From assembly GCA_024280835.1 (NCBI GenBank), contig JAJRPJ010000011.1, forward strand, positions 308,404 to 372,403: a DNA stretch of 64,000 nucleotides, read 5' to 3'. This document shows positions 29,505 through 39,261 of this stretch, one piece after another. Numbering within the stretch: the first letter of the stretch is position 1; the number at the start of each line of letters is the position of its first letter. The translations under genes and the position numbers were made by a program. The DNA comes from Candidatus Zixiibacteriota bacterium (lineage in GTDB: Bacteria > Zixibacteria > MSB-5A5 > GN15 > JACZUZ01). Under the pieces are notes generated by a model, which saw only the letters and a program-made list of their open reading frames with translations, made no database searches and was not told the origin of the DNA.

Positions 29505-29582
29505 TTTGTACAATACTGCTTTGAAACAATACTTATTTGAAGCAATACATACTTGAAACAAACTTCATTGAAACAAAAACTA
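29505..29582. repeat. Five degenerate ~16-bp tandem repeats (TTGAAACAATAC) in the ftsZ 3' UTR
   Basis: tttgtacaatac, tttgaaacaatac, tttgaagcaatac, cttgaaacaaac, ttgaaacaaaaac. Confidence 0.6.
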
Positions 29583-29691
29583 CAAAAAGCAAAATACAAA
29601 AAACTGTTTTAGAATATTGGAACCGTGTGATTGGCGCCTTTAGAAGGAACCGTCCCCACGATATTCTATATGTGTGATAAGTTTTTCTTTA

Positions 29692-30870
29692 TTAGTCTTC
29701 CATCCTCCTCATGTATGCTGGAATAGTGCGATTATCTTCTTCGAAAGAAGGGAGTCGACTACGCCCACTGTTTACACTAACTGCTTCTCTTTCTTTAACT
29801 GCTTGTGGCGCCGCCTCAGTAAACAACGACATAGACTTTCCAGGTGTGGCGCTGGTATTATTTGACATAAACATTTCTTCAACAACAGCTTGCTCGCCAG
29901 CGTTGAATCCAGTGGCGATAACTGTGACGTGCATTTCATCAGTGATTTCAGGATTGATTACCGCTCCAAAGATGATATTGGCATCGGCTCCTGCGGCGTC
30001 ATAGATGACTGAAGTCGCAGCATTGACATCAAACAATGTCATATCCGCGCCACCAGTGATATTGATAAGCACACCTTTGGCGCCTTCGATTGAGACTTCC
30101 TCAAGTAGTGGTGATGAGATCGCGAGCTTCGCGGCAGTGGTGGCTTTCTCTCCGCCAATACCTACGCCAGTTCCCATCAGAGCCTCGCCCATTTCTTGCA
30201 TAACTGTTTTGACATCTGCAAAGTCACAGTTAATCAATCCAGGAATTGTAATCAAATCAGAAATACCTTTTGTGGCTTGATGTAAGACGTCATCAGCAAA
30301 ACGGAAAGCGTCCGTCAAAGTTGTTGTTTGATCGACAATCCCGAGCAAGCGCTCATTTGGAATAGTGATAAGCGTATCAACTTTTTGCTTGAGCTCTTCG
30401 AGTCCTTCGTCGGCGCGAGTTATTCTCTTCTTGCCTTCAAAACGAAACGGTCTAGTGACAATCGCTACTGAGAGCGCGCCAATTTCACGAGCTATCTCTG
30501 CGATTACTGGAGCGCCGCCTGTGCCTGTGCCGCCACCCATTCCAGCAGTGATGAAGACCATATCGGAGCCGTCAAGCGCTTCGAGAATAGTGTCTCTATC
30601 TTCCTCGGTTGCGCGTCGTCCGACATCAGGATTGGCGCCCGCGCCGAGACCTTTGGTTAGTTTTTCACCTACACGAATTTTCGTATCGGCCAAATTGCTC
30701 TTGAGAACCTGGGCGTCGGTATTGATAGCGACAAACTCCACGCCGCTTAACTTTTCCTCGATCATTCGATTGAGCGCGTTACCACCTGCGCCTCCAACAC
30801 CAACTACACAAATTTTTGCGTAATTATTGAAGGAATCATCGATGTTGATGCTCAGACCTTTCTCAGACAT
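29692..30870 (-). CDS. ftsZ: Cell division protein FtsZ
   Basis: GVGGAGGNA, GMGGGTGTG, C-terminal IPAYMR; start MSEK after GAGGAG. Confidence 0.97.
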   Translation of the reverse strand: MSEKGLSINIDDSFNNYAKICVVGVGGAGGNALNRMIEEKLSGVEFVAINTDAQVLKSNLADTKIRVGEKLTKGLGAGANPDVGRRATEEDRDTILEALDGSDMVFITAGMGGGTGTGGAPVIAEIAREIGALSVAIVTRPFRFEGKKRITRADEGLEELKQKVDTLITIPNERLLGIVDQTTTLTDAFRFADDVLHQATKGISDLITIPGLINCDFADVKTVMQEMGEALMGTGVGIGGEKATTAAKLAISSPLLEEVSIEGAKGVLINITGGADMTLFDVNAATSVIYDAAGADANIIFGAVINPEITDEMHVTVIATGFNAGEQAVVEEMFMSNNTSATPGKSMSLFTEAAPQAVKEREAVSVNSGRSRLPSFEEDNRTIPAYMRRMED

Positions 30871-30920
30871 AACTGTCTCCTCTTCTCTGGATTTCTCCAG
30901 TCCCTGTTTTTCAGACGCGC

Positions 30921-32147
30921 TTAAAAACGTCCTGTTATCCAATTCTCTAATTTCTTCATCATACCGCGCATACCACCTGCGCTATCGTGCATTTCAACTT
31001 CGTTTTCATTGGCGTGCAGAATCAAACCCAAGACAGTCGCGTACTCTGGACCACTGACACCATCGGGCAGATTTTCAACTCCCGAGGCAGTTCCGACTTT
31101 CACAGGCAAGTTTAGCGTTTGCTCAGCTAAGTCGACTAATCCTGGGAGAAGTGAGCCGCCACCTATCAATGTCACACCGGCATTCAAACAATCGTCGAGA
31201 TCTACGCGCCGTAATTCGCGGTCAACGAGTGTCAATATTTCTTCGGCGCGCGCTTCAATTATTGTCGCTAGCACGGTTTTGCCGATACTGCGCTCTGGCC
31301 GACCGCCTGAGGCTGCGACACTCATCATGTCTTTGACATTGACTTTAGAAGCCAGCGCTGAGCCATAGGTAATTTTCAAACGCTCGGCTTCGTCAACTGC
31401 TATTCGTAATCCAATAGCGATGTCATTGGTGATATTCTGGCCACCTAGTGTCACACAGCCACTGTGTCTAATGCAGCCATCTTTGAAGACAGCGACTTCG
31501 GTTGTTTCGCCACCAATATCTACTAGAGCGACACCTAATTCTTTTTCTGCCTCAGTCAGTCCAGCGTAGGATGCGGCATAAGACTCAAGTGCAAATCCGC
31601 CTAGCGCCAATTCGCAGCGTTCGAGCGCGCGGAATATATTTTTGGCCGAGGCCGCCGAGCAAGTTACGATATGCGATTCGACTTCTAGACGTGAACCTGT
31701 CATGCCTATTGGATTGCGAATGCCACCCTGCCCATCGACTGTGTACTCCTGCGGTAACACGTGAATTATTTCTCGGTCACTAGGTATGGCAACATCACGA
31801 GCTGTTGCAATGACGTTGCTAATGTCCGAGCCGAGTATTTCATTGTCTGAACGAGAGACATTGATGACGCCATGCGAATTGATTGAGCGAATATGATCGC
31901 CTGAAATTCCTACAAGCAGAGAATCAACACGCAGATTTGCCTGTGATTCCGCTTCCTCGACAACTCGTGTAATCACACGGGTGACTTTGTCCATATTGAC
32001 AATCACGCCACGTTTGATACCCTCGGCGGGAGTTTCGGCATAGCCTAGACAATAGACAGCGTCATCCTCGAAGGCCTGCGCAATCATTACGCGGAACTTT
32101 GTGGCGCCGATTCCCAGTACGGCTATAATTCTCTGTTCGTCAGCCAT
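30921..32147 (-). CDS. ftsA: Cell division protein FtsA
   Basis: VDIGGETT, ITNDIA, amphipathic C-terminal helix; start MADEQ. Confidence 0.95.
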   Translation of the reverse strand: MADEQRIIAVLGIGATKFRVMIAQAFEDDAVYCLGYAETPAEGIKRGVIVNMDKVTRVITRVVEEAESQANLRVDSLLVGISGDHIRSINSHGVINVSRSDNEILGSDISNVIATARDVAIPSDREIIHVLPQEYTVDGQGGIRNPIGMTGSRLEVESHIVTCSAASAKNIFRALERCELALGGFALESYAASYAGLTEAEKELGVALVDIGGETTEVAVFKDGCIRHSGCVTLGGQNITNDIAIGLRIAVDEAERLKITYGSALASKVNVKDMMSVAASGGRPERSIGKTVLATIIEARAEEILTLVDRELRRVDLDDCLNAGVTLIGGGSLLPGLVDLAEQTLNLPVKVGTASGVENLPDGVSGPEYATVLGLILHANENEVEMHDSAGGMRGMMKKLENWITGRF

Positions 32148-32907
32148 TTCGCCTCTTCTTGGTCCGCTTGCTTTTTGATTCTTTTTCACCAGGGATAATC
32201 ATCAATCCCTCAAAGCGCATGTCTATGATTTTCGATTCTTGTGTTAGGTCTGAGGCGCCAAAGACAATTGCTTGTAATTGCTCTATTGATTCACCCACAT
32301 TTAGCGATGTGGTTAGAAGTAACAGCTCAGTATTTAGAAAGCTGACAGTTAGGTAGCTTTCTTCTGAGCAATCTATGACGCTGACAGCGGCAAATATTTC
32401 TTGGTCTCTCTCTTGCAAAGCTCGTAGGCCATGCGCAATTTCTTCAAGTCGAAAATCTTGTGGCCGCTCAAAGAGTTTCAACCCTGCCAGACCGATAAAC
32501 ATCGGCGCTGACTTGAAGCCACTCTCGGTATCTAATGGGGCGACTATCAATTCCTTCGTCAGAGCGCGTAGACGTTTGCTCTTGGCATCGTGTATTAAGA
32601 ACTCTGGTTCAAATTGGTTAGTTCTAATATCAATAGTGTGCGCAGAAGTAACTGCTACATGCGCGGCCCCAATTCCAACTCGACGGCACATCATAACCGC
32701 TGTGGCATCCAGTGATTGACGCAGGACACTCGATCCTGGAGCAAAGCCGAGAGCCAGACTGGCTTCCAAAGGAACTACTTCTCCGTCTAGTGTCACCTGT
32801 TTCAACGAGAATGCGCCGAATGTATCCAGCGCGAAGAGCAGAACAGCGGAACTAACTGTTACGATGAAGAGCGTTTTGTAGGCAGTGCGAATTCCGCTGA
32901 TCATCAA
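32140..32907 (-). CDS. ftsQ: FtsQ/DivIB-like protein (divergent)
   Basis: One TM helix, position between murC and ftsA, C-terminal IDMRF. Confidence 0.7.
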   Translation of the reverse strand: MMISGIRTAYKTLFIVTVSSAVLLFALDTFGAFSLKQVTLDGEVVPLEASLALGFAPGSSVLRQSLDATAVMMCRRVGIGAAHVAVTSAHTIDIRTNQFEPEFLIHDAKSKRLRALTKELIVAPLDTESGFKSAPMFIGLAGLKLFERPQDFRLEEIAHGLRALQERDQEIFAAVSVIDCSEESYLTVSFLNTELLLLTTSLNVGESIEQLQAIVFGASDLTQESKIIDMRFEGLMIIPGEKESKSKRTKKRRNG

Positions 32908-34310
32908 TCGCTCTCCCCTGCTTTGATACTTAGCTCTTTCAAGAGCGTCTGACTCAAACGACAGACATTCCCAGCGCCCATAGTAAAAACTATGCTCTTA
33001 TGAGAGCTGAGGGCCGCTGTTACCGCGGGTGTAATTGCATTTTCGACTGCGCCAACATAGGTGAAGTTTGTATGGCCTTGTTCCTGAGCGGCTAATTGAA
33101 CCAATTCGGTAGTGACACCTTCAATCGGTTTCTCACGAGCGGGATAAATATCAACTAGAATCACTTCATCGGCGGCAGATAATGCGCTGGCGAAATCACT
33201 GGCAAAGTCACGAGTACGAGTGAACAAGTGCGGCTGAAAAATGACCGTCACATGCCTGTCAAACTCTCGGGCAGCTTCTATAGCTTTGCTGACTTCAGTT
33301 GGGTGATGCGCATAATCGTCATAGACAAGGACATCGCTTGAGTCACTCTTCACTGAGCCGATTAATTCAAAGCGACGCAGGACACCGCCAAATTCGCTCA
33401 AGCCTCTCTGGATATCAGCAAAAGGAATCTCAAGTTCGAGTGCAACGCAGGCTGCGCAAAGCGCGTTTTGCAAATTGTGTTCTCCTGCCAGAGGTGAAAT
33501 CAACTCACCGAGCGCTTTCCCGTGATGACTGAGAGTGAAGACTGTTTTATCTGACTCTCGTCTTTGTGATGTCACAGTGTAATCCGCTTCGTCGCCCATG
33601 CCGAATGTCACTATTGGCCGTTTCAATCGCGGAACCAATTCCATCAAGTTGGCATCATCGGCATTGAGAATTATCTGGCCGTAGAAAGGAGTGCGGTTGA
33701 GATATTCGCAAAAAGCGTTCTTGAGATCGGCGAGGTCCGCATAACAATCGCGGTGGTCCTCTTCGAGATTTGTTGCAACTGCAACTGTTGGGAACATGAC
33801 TAAGAACGATCTGTCGTATTCATCCGCCTCGGCAACCAAATATTCGCCAGAGCCAACTTTGGCGCCGATTGATGCATCGGTGACACGACCGCCGACGATG
33901 ACAGTTGGATCGACGCCTGCGCTTTTTAGAATGGCGCCGACTAGCGCTGTGGTGGTGGTTTTTCCATGGGCGCCTGCAATGCCGATTGAATATTTGAGAC
34001 GCATCAATTCTCCGAGCATCTCTGCGCGTTTGATGACAGGGATTCCGAGTCTACGCGCTTCGGCTACTTCGGCATTGGAATCATTGACCGCAGCGGAAAT
34101 TACCACGAGATCAACATCGCTGACATTGCTAGCGGCGTGCCCTTGATGGACAGCTATGCCTTGGTTTTGTAGATGTTCAGTCACTTCTGTTGGTGAATTG
34201 TCTGAACCGCTGATTGTAAAGCCGATATCAGCGAGAATCTCGGCCATACCTGACATTCCGGCGCCTCCGATTCCAACAAAGTGTAATTTTTTATAACGAC
34301 CGAATATCAT
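32904..34310 (-). CDS. murC: UDP-N-acetylmuramate--L-alanine ligase
   Basis: HFVGIGGAGMSG, GAHGKTTT, EADEYD, DDYAHHPTE; start MIFG. Confidence 0.96.
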   Translation of the reverse strand: MIFGRYKKLHFVGIGGAGMSGMAEILADIGFTISGSDNSPTEVTEHLQNQGIAVHQGHAASNVSDVDLVVISAAVNDSNAEVAEARRLGIPVIKRAEMLGELMRLKYSIGIAGAHGKTTTTALVGAILKSAGVDPTVIVGGRVTDASIGAKVGSGEYLVAEADEYDRSFLVMFPTVAVATNLEEDHRDCYADLADLKNAFCEYLNRTPFYGQIILNADDANLMELVPRLKRPIVTFGMGDEADYTVTSQRRESDKTVFTLSHHGKALGELISPLAGEHNLQNALCAACVALELEIPFADIQRGLSEFGGVLRRFELIGSVKSDSSDVLVYDDYAHHPTEVSKAIEAAREFDRHVTVIFQPHLFTRTRDFASDFASALSAADEVILVDIYPAREKPIEGVTTELVQLAAQEQGHTNFTYVGAVENAITPAVTAALSSHKSIVFTMGAGNVCRLSQTLLKELSIKAGESD

Positions 34311-34378
34311 GCTGGCTTCCGTTGTTTGTCTGCGAAAAGTCAATGCTCTTTTTTCTAGAGAGATTGACGCTGTAACAT

Positions 34379-35578
34379 TCACAATGCCTGTTCCTTTTGG
34401 ATCACTAGTTTCAATAAATCATCAGCAATCATTTCTGAGGCAGGCGCTTCAGCCTGCATATTCCATGATCGCAATTCATTTTGCATTTTCTGGGCTTCAC
34501 CTGAATCGAGAGCGCTTTGCGCTATCTCAATGATGTTTATCTCTGGCAGCTCCGCATTAGGAACTATCTTGGCGCCGTTTCTTTTTTCTACGGAGCGGGC
34601 ATTCATCATTTGATGGTTTGCGGTTGCCAGTGGATAGGGCACAAGAATCGCTGGTGTCACTGAAGCGATTAGCTCCGCGATTGTCAACGCTCCTGCGCGA
34701 GTGATGGCGATATCTGCGGCGGCATAGGCCATTTCGATTTTATCACTGAAGGCGAAAAGTCGGACATTTGGATTTGAACCGACAGCGCTGACTAATGTGT
34801 CATATTGTGCGCGCCCAGTCTGCCAGAGTAATTGACGATTGGCAGAGAGTGAGTCGATATTTTTAAGTGTCGCATCATTGATTGATTGCGCTCCCTGACT
34901 TCCGCCCAAAACCAGAATCGTTTCTTTCTGTGTATCCAAACCAAAGGCCGCTAGTCCTTCGGCGCGATCAACTGAGCCGATTTCTGAGCGGACAGGATTT
35001 CCCGTGGTTAAGGCGGTGAGTCCAGCGGGTAAATGTTTCCGAGCATCATCGAAACCGAGAAAGACACGATCAACTTTTCCTGCCAATCGACGCGTTGTAA
35101 ACCCAGGGTATGAGTTCTGCTCCTGAATCGCTGTTGGAATTTGATTGGCTACGGCTCGTGAGACTATTGGCCCTGAGACGTACCCCCCTGTGCCCACGAC
35201 GAGGTTGGGCTTGAACGACTTCAACAATTTGTTTGACTTCCATAAAGCGCGAATGAGCATGAAAGGAAATGTGGCATTGCGCCAATGTATTTTTCTCAGG
35301 AAACCACGGACATTGATTAGTTCGAGTGGGTAACCTAGTGATTCACGTAGGCGGTACTCTATGCCTCTTTTTGTGCCGACGAAAATGAACTCGCAATTGT
35401 CGGCGCCACGTTTTTTCTCTAGAGCTTGGGCGATAGCCAAGGCTGGGTAGAGATGGCCACCTGTTCCACCGCCAGCGAAAATCGCACGCAATGTCCCTGT
35501 GTTCTTCTGGGACACCGTGTTCTTCTGGGACGCTGTGTTTTTCTGGGACGCTATGGGATTAGTTGTCATTGACACCAT
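34379..35578 (-). CDS. murG: MurG glycosyltransferase
   Basis: GGGTGGHLYP, GTGGYVS, GNPVR, GGSQGA. Confidence 0.96.
   Translation of the reverse strand: MVSMTTNPIASQKNTASQKNTVSQKNTGTLRAIFAGGGTGGHLYPALAIAQALEKKRGADNCEFIFVGTKRGIEYRLRESLGYPLELINVRGFLRKIHWRNATFPFMLIRALWKSNKLLKSFKPNLVVGTGGYVSGPIVSRAVANQIPTAIQEQNSYPGFTTRRLAGKVDRVFLGFDDARKHLPAGLTALTTGNPVRSEIGSVDRAEGLAAFGLDTQKETILVLGGSQGAQSINDATLKNIDSLSANRQLLWQTGRAQYDTLVSAVGSNPNVRLFAFSDKIEMAYAAADIAITRAGALTIAELIASVTPAILVPYPLATANHQMMNARSVEKRNGAKIVPNAELPEINIIEIAQSALDSGEAQKMQNELRSWNMQAEAPASEMIADDLLKLVIQKEQAL
35499..35552 (-). repeat. 3 x 18-bp in-frame tandem repeat in the murG 5' end
   Basis: GTGTT(C/T)TTCTGGGAC(A/G)C(C/T) x3, encoding (A/V)SQKNT x3. 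Confidence 0.85.
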
Positions 35579-36687
35579 CCATCTCTTCGTCGTGATAGAT
35601 TTAGCAGGATTGCAATTCCCAAGAGTGTCACCATCAGTGACGAGCCGCCATAAGACATTAGCGGCAAGGGCAAACCTGTTGTTGGAATCAACGAAGTTAC
35701 AACACCAATATTGATTGCGATATTGAAGAACAACAAGAGCGTGATTCCAGAAGCCAGCAAATAGCCAAATCTATCTGGCTGATAGGAAGCAATCTTGAGA
35801 CCGCGGTAGAGAACAGTCATGAACAGTCCCAGGACTGCCAGCAACCCAACAAATCCTAGTTCCTCACCAGCCGCCGCAAAAATGAAATCGGTGTGCGGAT
35901 AGGGTAAGAAGAAATGTTTCTGGCGGCCATCGCCTAGACCAGAACCCCAGAAACCACCAGCGCCAAGAGTTAGGATGGCTTGTTTGACTTGATAACTACC
36001 TTGCAGTGGGTCCGATAGTGACGTTAGATAGGTCTTGATACGAGTGATTTTGTATCCCAAACCAAAAACCAGAACCCCGCCACCTATCACTAACGGAGAG
36101 ACAGCAGTGGCCAGATGCAAGAGACGCGCGCCAGCCATGTATAGTAGTGACATTATAGTTAGCCCTAATATTATGACTGTGCCAAGGTCAGGTTCGAGCA
36201 TGATTAACAAGGCCATCACACCAATTAGTGGGGCATGCGGCAATAGTGATTTGCGGTAGTCGCGAATATCGCAGTTGGCGCGAGAGAGTGTGTGTGCCAA
36301 ATAATAGAGCAGGACAATCTTGGCTATCTCAGAGGGTTGCAAAGCGAACGGTCCGAGGAATAACCAGCGATGTGAGCCATTACGTGCGGGCATTAGAAAT
36401 ACCAGCGCCAACGCTATGATGACTACGACAATTGCCAAAGGTGTGTATTGCCCCATGCGCTTCAGATCCAACTTCATGACAGCCCACATCACACCTGCTG
36501 AAATAAATAGCCAGATCATTTGGCGCTTGATGAAGAATAAATGAGACCCAAAGCGTTGTTCGGCCAAAAGGGATGATGTCGAGTAGACCATAATTGCCCC
36601 TATAATCGCCAAGGCGACTGTGGCATAGAACAATGTCCAATCTATGGGACAACGCGCTTTCATCTTAGACGCTTTTCCCTTTCCCAT
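35566..36687 (-). CDS. ftsW: SEDS glycosyltransferase FtsW
   Basis: QPSEIAK, EPDLG, HTDFIFA..GEELG, SYGGSS. Confidence 0.95.
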   Translation of the reverse strand: MGKGKASKMKARCPIDWTLFYATVALAIIGAIMVYSTSSLLAEQRFGSHLFFIKRQMIWLFISAGVMWAVMKLDLKRMGQYTPLAIVVVIIALALVFLMPARNGSHRWLFLGPFALQPSEIAKIVLLYYLAHTLSRANCDIRDYRKSLLPHAPLIGVMALLIMLEPDLGTVIILGLTIMSLLYMAGARLLHLATAVSPLVIGGGVLVFGLGYKITRIKTYLTSLSDPLQGSYQVKQAILTLGAGGFWGSGLGDGRQKHFFLPYPHTDFIFAAAGEELGFVGLLAVLGLFMTVLYRGLKIASYQPDRFGYLLASGITLLLFFNIAINIGVVTSLIPTTGLPLPLMSYGGSSLMVTLLGIAILLNLSRRRDGWCQ

Positions 36688-38122
36688 TTGATTGATTGGT
36701 GACTAGAGAATTGACTGCGTTTTTGAACGCAGCTCCACGCTCTTCAAAATCGGTAAACATATCGAAGCTAGCGCAGCCCGGTGAAAGCAAGACGACTTCG
36801 CCCGCCTGCGATGCGTTTGAAAGTCGAACAGTCGCTTCTTCTAAGCTTGCGCTAAACTCCACTGGGACTGTCTTTCCAAGCGCGGTGAAGATTTCTTCTT
36901 TGGTTTCACCAATCGCAACTATGCTTTTTACTTTTCTGGCGACGATATCCTGCAAATCGTTGAAGTTTTCGCCTTTACCTTGTCCACCGAGAATTAGACG
37001 CACAGGAGCTTCAAGGGCTTCGAGGGCACAAATTGTTGCCGCTAGATTTGTTGCTTTGGAATCGTTAATCCATTTTACGCCGTCGACACTGGCAACATGC
37101 TCAATACGATGTTCAACACCCGTGAAAGCAATTAGACCTTTGCGAATCGTATCGAGAGTGACACCAAAAGCTAAACAGCATGAGGCCGCCGCCATCGCGT
37201 TTTCAAGATTGTGCTGGCCGGGGACTTGCAATTGCTTGGTGTCGATGAGTTTCACATTGGCGCCGTTGACTGGGGCATAAAGCGCATCACCACGTTGGAA
37301 GACTCCCCGCAAATCGGATTCGACAGAGGCTTTGTTCATTGTCTCTTCGGAGCCGAACATCACTTTGCGCGCCAAAGATTGAATTGATAATGCGTCTACC
37401 CCACTATCATCGATATTCAAAATCAATGATTGAGATTTGCCTTGACTAGCGCTGATACGCAGCTTGGCGAGCCGATAATTTTCGATTGTGCCATGACGAC
37501 TCAAATGGTCGGGCGTGATATTCAATATCGCCGCGACACTTGGAGCAAATTGATCGACAAATTCAAGCTGGTAACTTGAGACTTCGACCACAGCGACGCT
37601 ATCTCGATTCAAATCTTTGACAGTCGAACTTAGTGGTGTTCCGATATTACCGCACAGCAGAGATGTGTAGGAGCCGGCCCGAAGGATTTCGTGAATCATG
37701 GTGACAGTTGTGGTTTTGCCATTGGCGCCCGTCACAGCGATGATTTTGCCCTCGACAAACCATGAAGCGAATTCGAGCTCAGAGAAAATTGGTGTGCCCG
37801 CTTCTTGTAGTTTTTGCACTATCGCGCTTTTTGATGAAATCCCTGGGGAGATTATTACATAATCTGAATCAAGCAGAACATTGGTATGGCCGCCTGTTTC
37901 GAATTTGACATTGGCGGCTTTCAGTGTTTCTGCCTCTGCAGATAGATCACTTTGCTTGCGAGTGTCACTGACGAAGACATCGGCCCCGAGCTCATGAGCC
38001 AGAATTGCGCAGGCCATTCCAGAGCGCGCCATACCAATCACACCGACATTGCGTCCCTGCACGCGGTCGCGATTGTCAGCTGCGGTCATTGCTTTGGGTA
38101 TGTCCATCATCATGGTTTCCAT
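36665..38122 (-). CDS. murD: MurD ligase
   Basis: TG.NGKTT, EVSSYQL, DHL.RH, NDSKATN, LSPGCASFD. Confidence 0.95.
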   Translation of the reverse strand: METMMMDIPKAMTAADNRDRVQGRNVGVIGMARSGMACAILAHELGADVFVSDTRKQSDLSAEAETLKAANVKFETGGHTNVLLDSDYVIISPGISSKSAIVQKLQEAGTPIFSELEFASWFVEGKIIAVTGANGKTTTVTMIHEILRAGSYTSLLCGNIGTPLSSTVKDLNRDSVAVVEVSSYQLEFVDQFAPSVAAILNITPDHLSRHGTIENYRLAKLRISASQGKSQSLILNIDDSGVDALSIQSLARKVMFGSEETMNKASVESDLRGVFQRGDALYAPVNGANVKLIDTKQLQVPGQHNLENAMAAASCCLAFGVTLDTIRKGLIAFTGVEHRIEHVASVDGVKWINDSKATNLAATICALEALEAPVRLILGGQGKGENFNDLQDIVARKVKSIVAIGETKEEIFTALGKTVPVEFSASLEEATVRLSNASQAGEVVLLSPGCASFDMFTDFEERGAAFKNAVNSLVTNQSNGKGKSV

Positions 38123-38147
38123 AAATCTAATTAGTCTATCTGTTCAA

Positions 38148-39233
38148 TCAACGTATCTTCAAAGTTGAGAGCGCGAGCATTGCAAACAACGCTCCAAGTA
38201 TCCAAAAGCGCACGACTACTTTTTGTTCAGGCCAGCCGAGTAATTCAAAATGGTGATGTATTGGCGCCATTTTGAAGATTCGTTTGCCGCGCAATTTATA
38301 TGATCCGACTTGCAAAATCACAGAGAGCGCTTCGATGACAAAAACACCACCGAGAATCATCAGCAAAAGTTCTTGTTTCAAAAGAATAGCCAACACACCG
38401 ATGACACCACCGAGAGTCAAGGCGCCGGTGTCACCCATGAACACTTCGGCGGGGTTTGAGTTGAACCACAGGAAGCCAAGCGAGGCGCCAACTGCGGCGC
38501 CGCAATAGACGGTTAACTCTCCAGCTCCTGGTAGGAACTCCATTTGCAAGTATTGCGAATAGTCAAAGCGGCCTGTTATATAGGCAAGAGCAGCTAAGGT
38601 TAGGAAACAGATTCCACACAACCCAATAGCTAGTCCGTCGAGTCCGTCGGTGAGGTTGACTGCATTTGAAGTTCCGGTGATGACGACAATAATGAGTGGA
38701 ACATAGAGAGCGCCCCAAGCTATGACATGGTCTTTGAAGAATGGAGCAATTGAAAAACTGTAGCGTGCTTCTTCGGGGGCGAACTGGGCGATAATCAACC
38801 AAACAAGTAACCCTAGAGAGATTTGACCAAATAGTTTGAAACGCCCGACTAGTCCTTTTTTGCTTTTCTTGACTATCTTGAGGTAGTCATCAACAAAACC
38901 AAGAACGCCCAGCCAAACTGTCACTACCAAAGCTGTCAATACAAAAAAGTTACGCATATCCGCCCAAAGCAGTGTTGGAACTATTATGCCCATGATGATT
39001 ATCAGGCCACCCATGGACGGAGTTCCAGCTTTTGATTGGTGTGATTCGGGGCCATCTTTTCTGATTGTTTCTTTGATTTGATATTTCTTCAAGAGATTCA
39101 CAAAGAATCCACCAAAAATCAAACAAATGATAAGCGCTGTCACCATCGCGCCCGCAGTGCGGAATGTGATGTAACGAAATAGATTGAATACCGAAAATTG
39201 ATCGGCTAAGGGATAGAGATATTCGTAGAACAT
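38148..39233 (-). CDS. mraY: Phospho-N-acetylmuramoyl-pentapeptide transferase
   Basis: TPSMGG, NAVNLTDGLDG, FMGDTG, APIHHHFE. Confidence 0.97.
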   Translation of the reverse strand: MFYEYLYPLADQFSVFNLFRYITFRTAGAMVTALIICLIFGGFFVNLLKKYQIKETIRKDGPESHQSKAGTPSMGGLIIIMGIIVPTLLWADMRNFFVLTALVVTVWLGVLGFVDDYLKIVKKSKKGLVGRFKLFGQISLGLLVWLIIAQFAPEEARYSFSIAPFFKDHVIAWGALYVPLIIVVITGTSNAVNLTDGLDGLAIGLCGICFLTLAALAYITGRFDYSQYLQMEFLPGAGELTVYCGAAVGASLGFLWFNSNPAEVFMGDTGALTLGGVIGVLAILLKQELLLMILGGVFVIEALSVILQVGSYKLRGKRIFKMAPIHHHFELLGWPEQKVVVRFWILGALFAMLALSTLKIR

Positions 39234-39261
39234 CGTCAGTTCAAGAAACTGCAGCTCGCAG

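Noticed and set aside
29505-29582. TTGAAAC repeats resembling CRISPR repeat ends
   Set aside because: The period is only ~16 bp, with no unique spacers and no cas genes.
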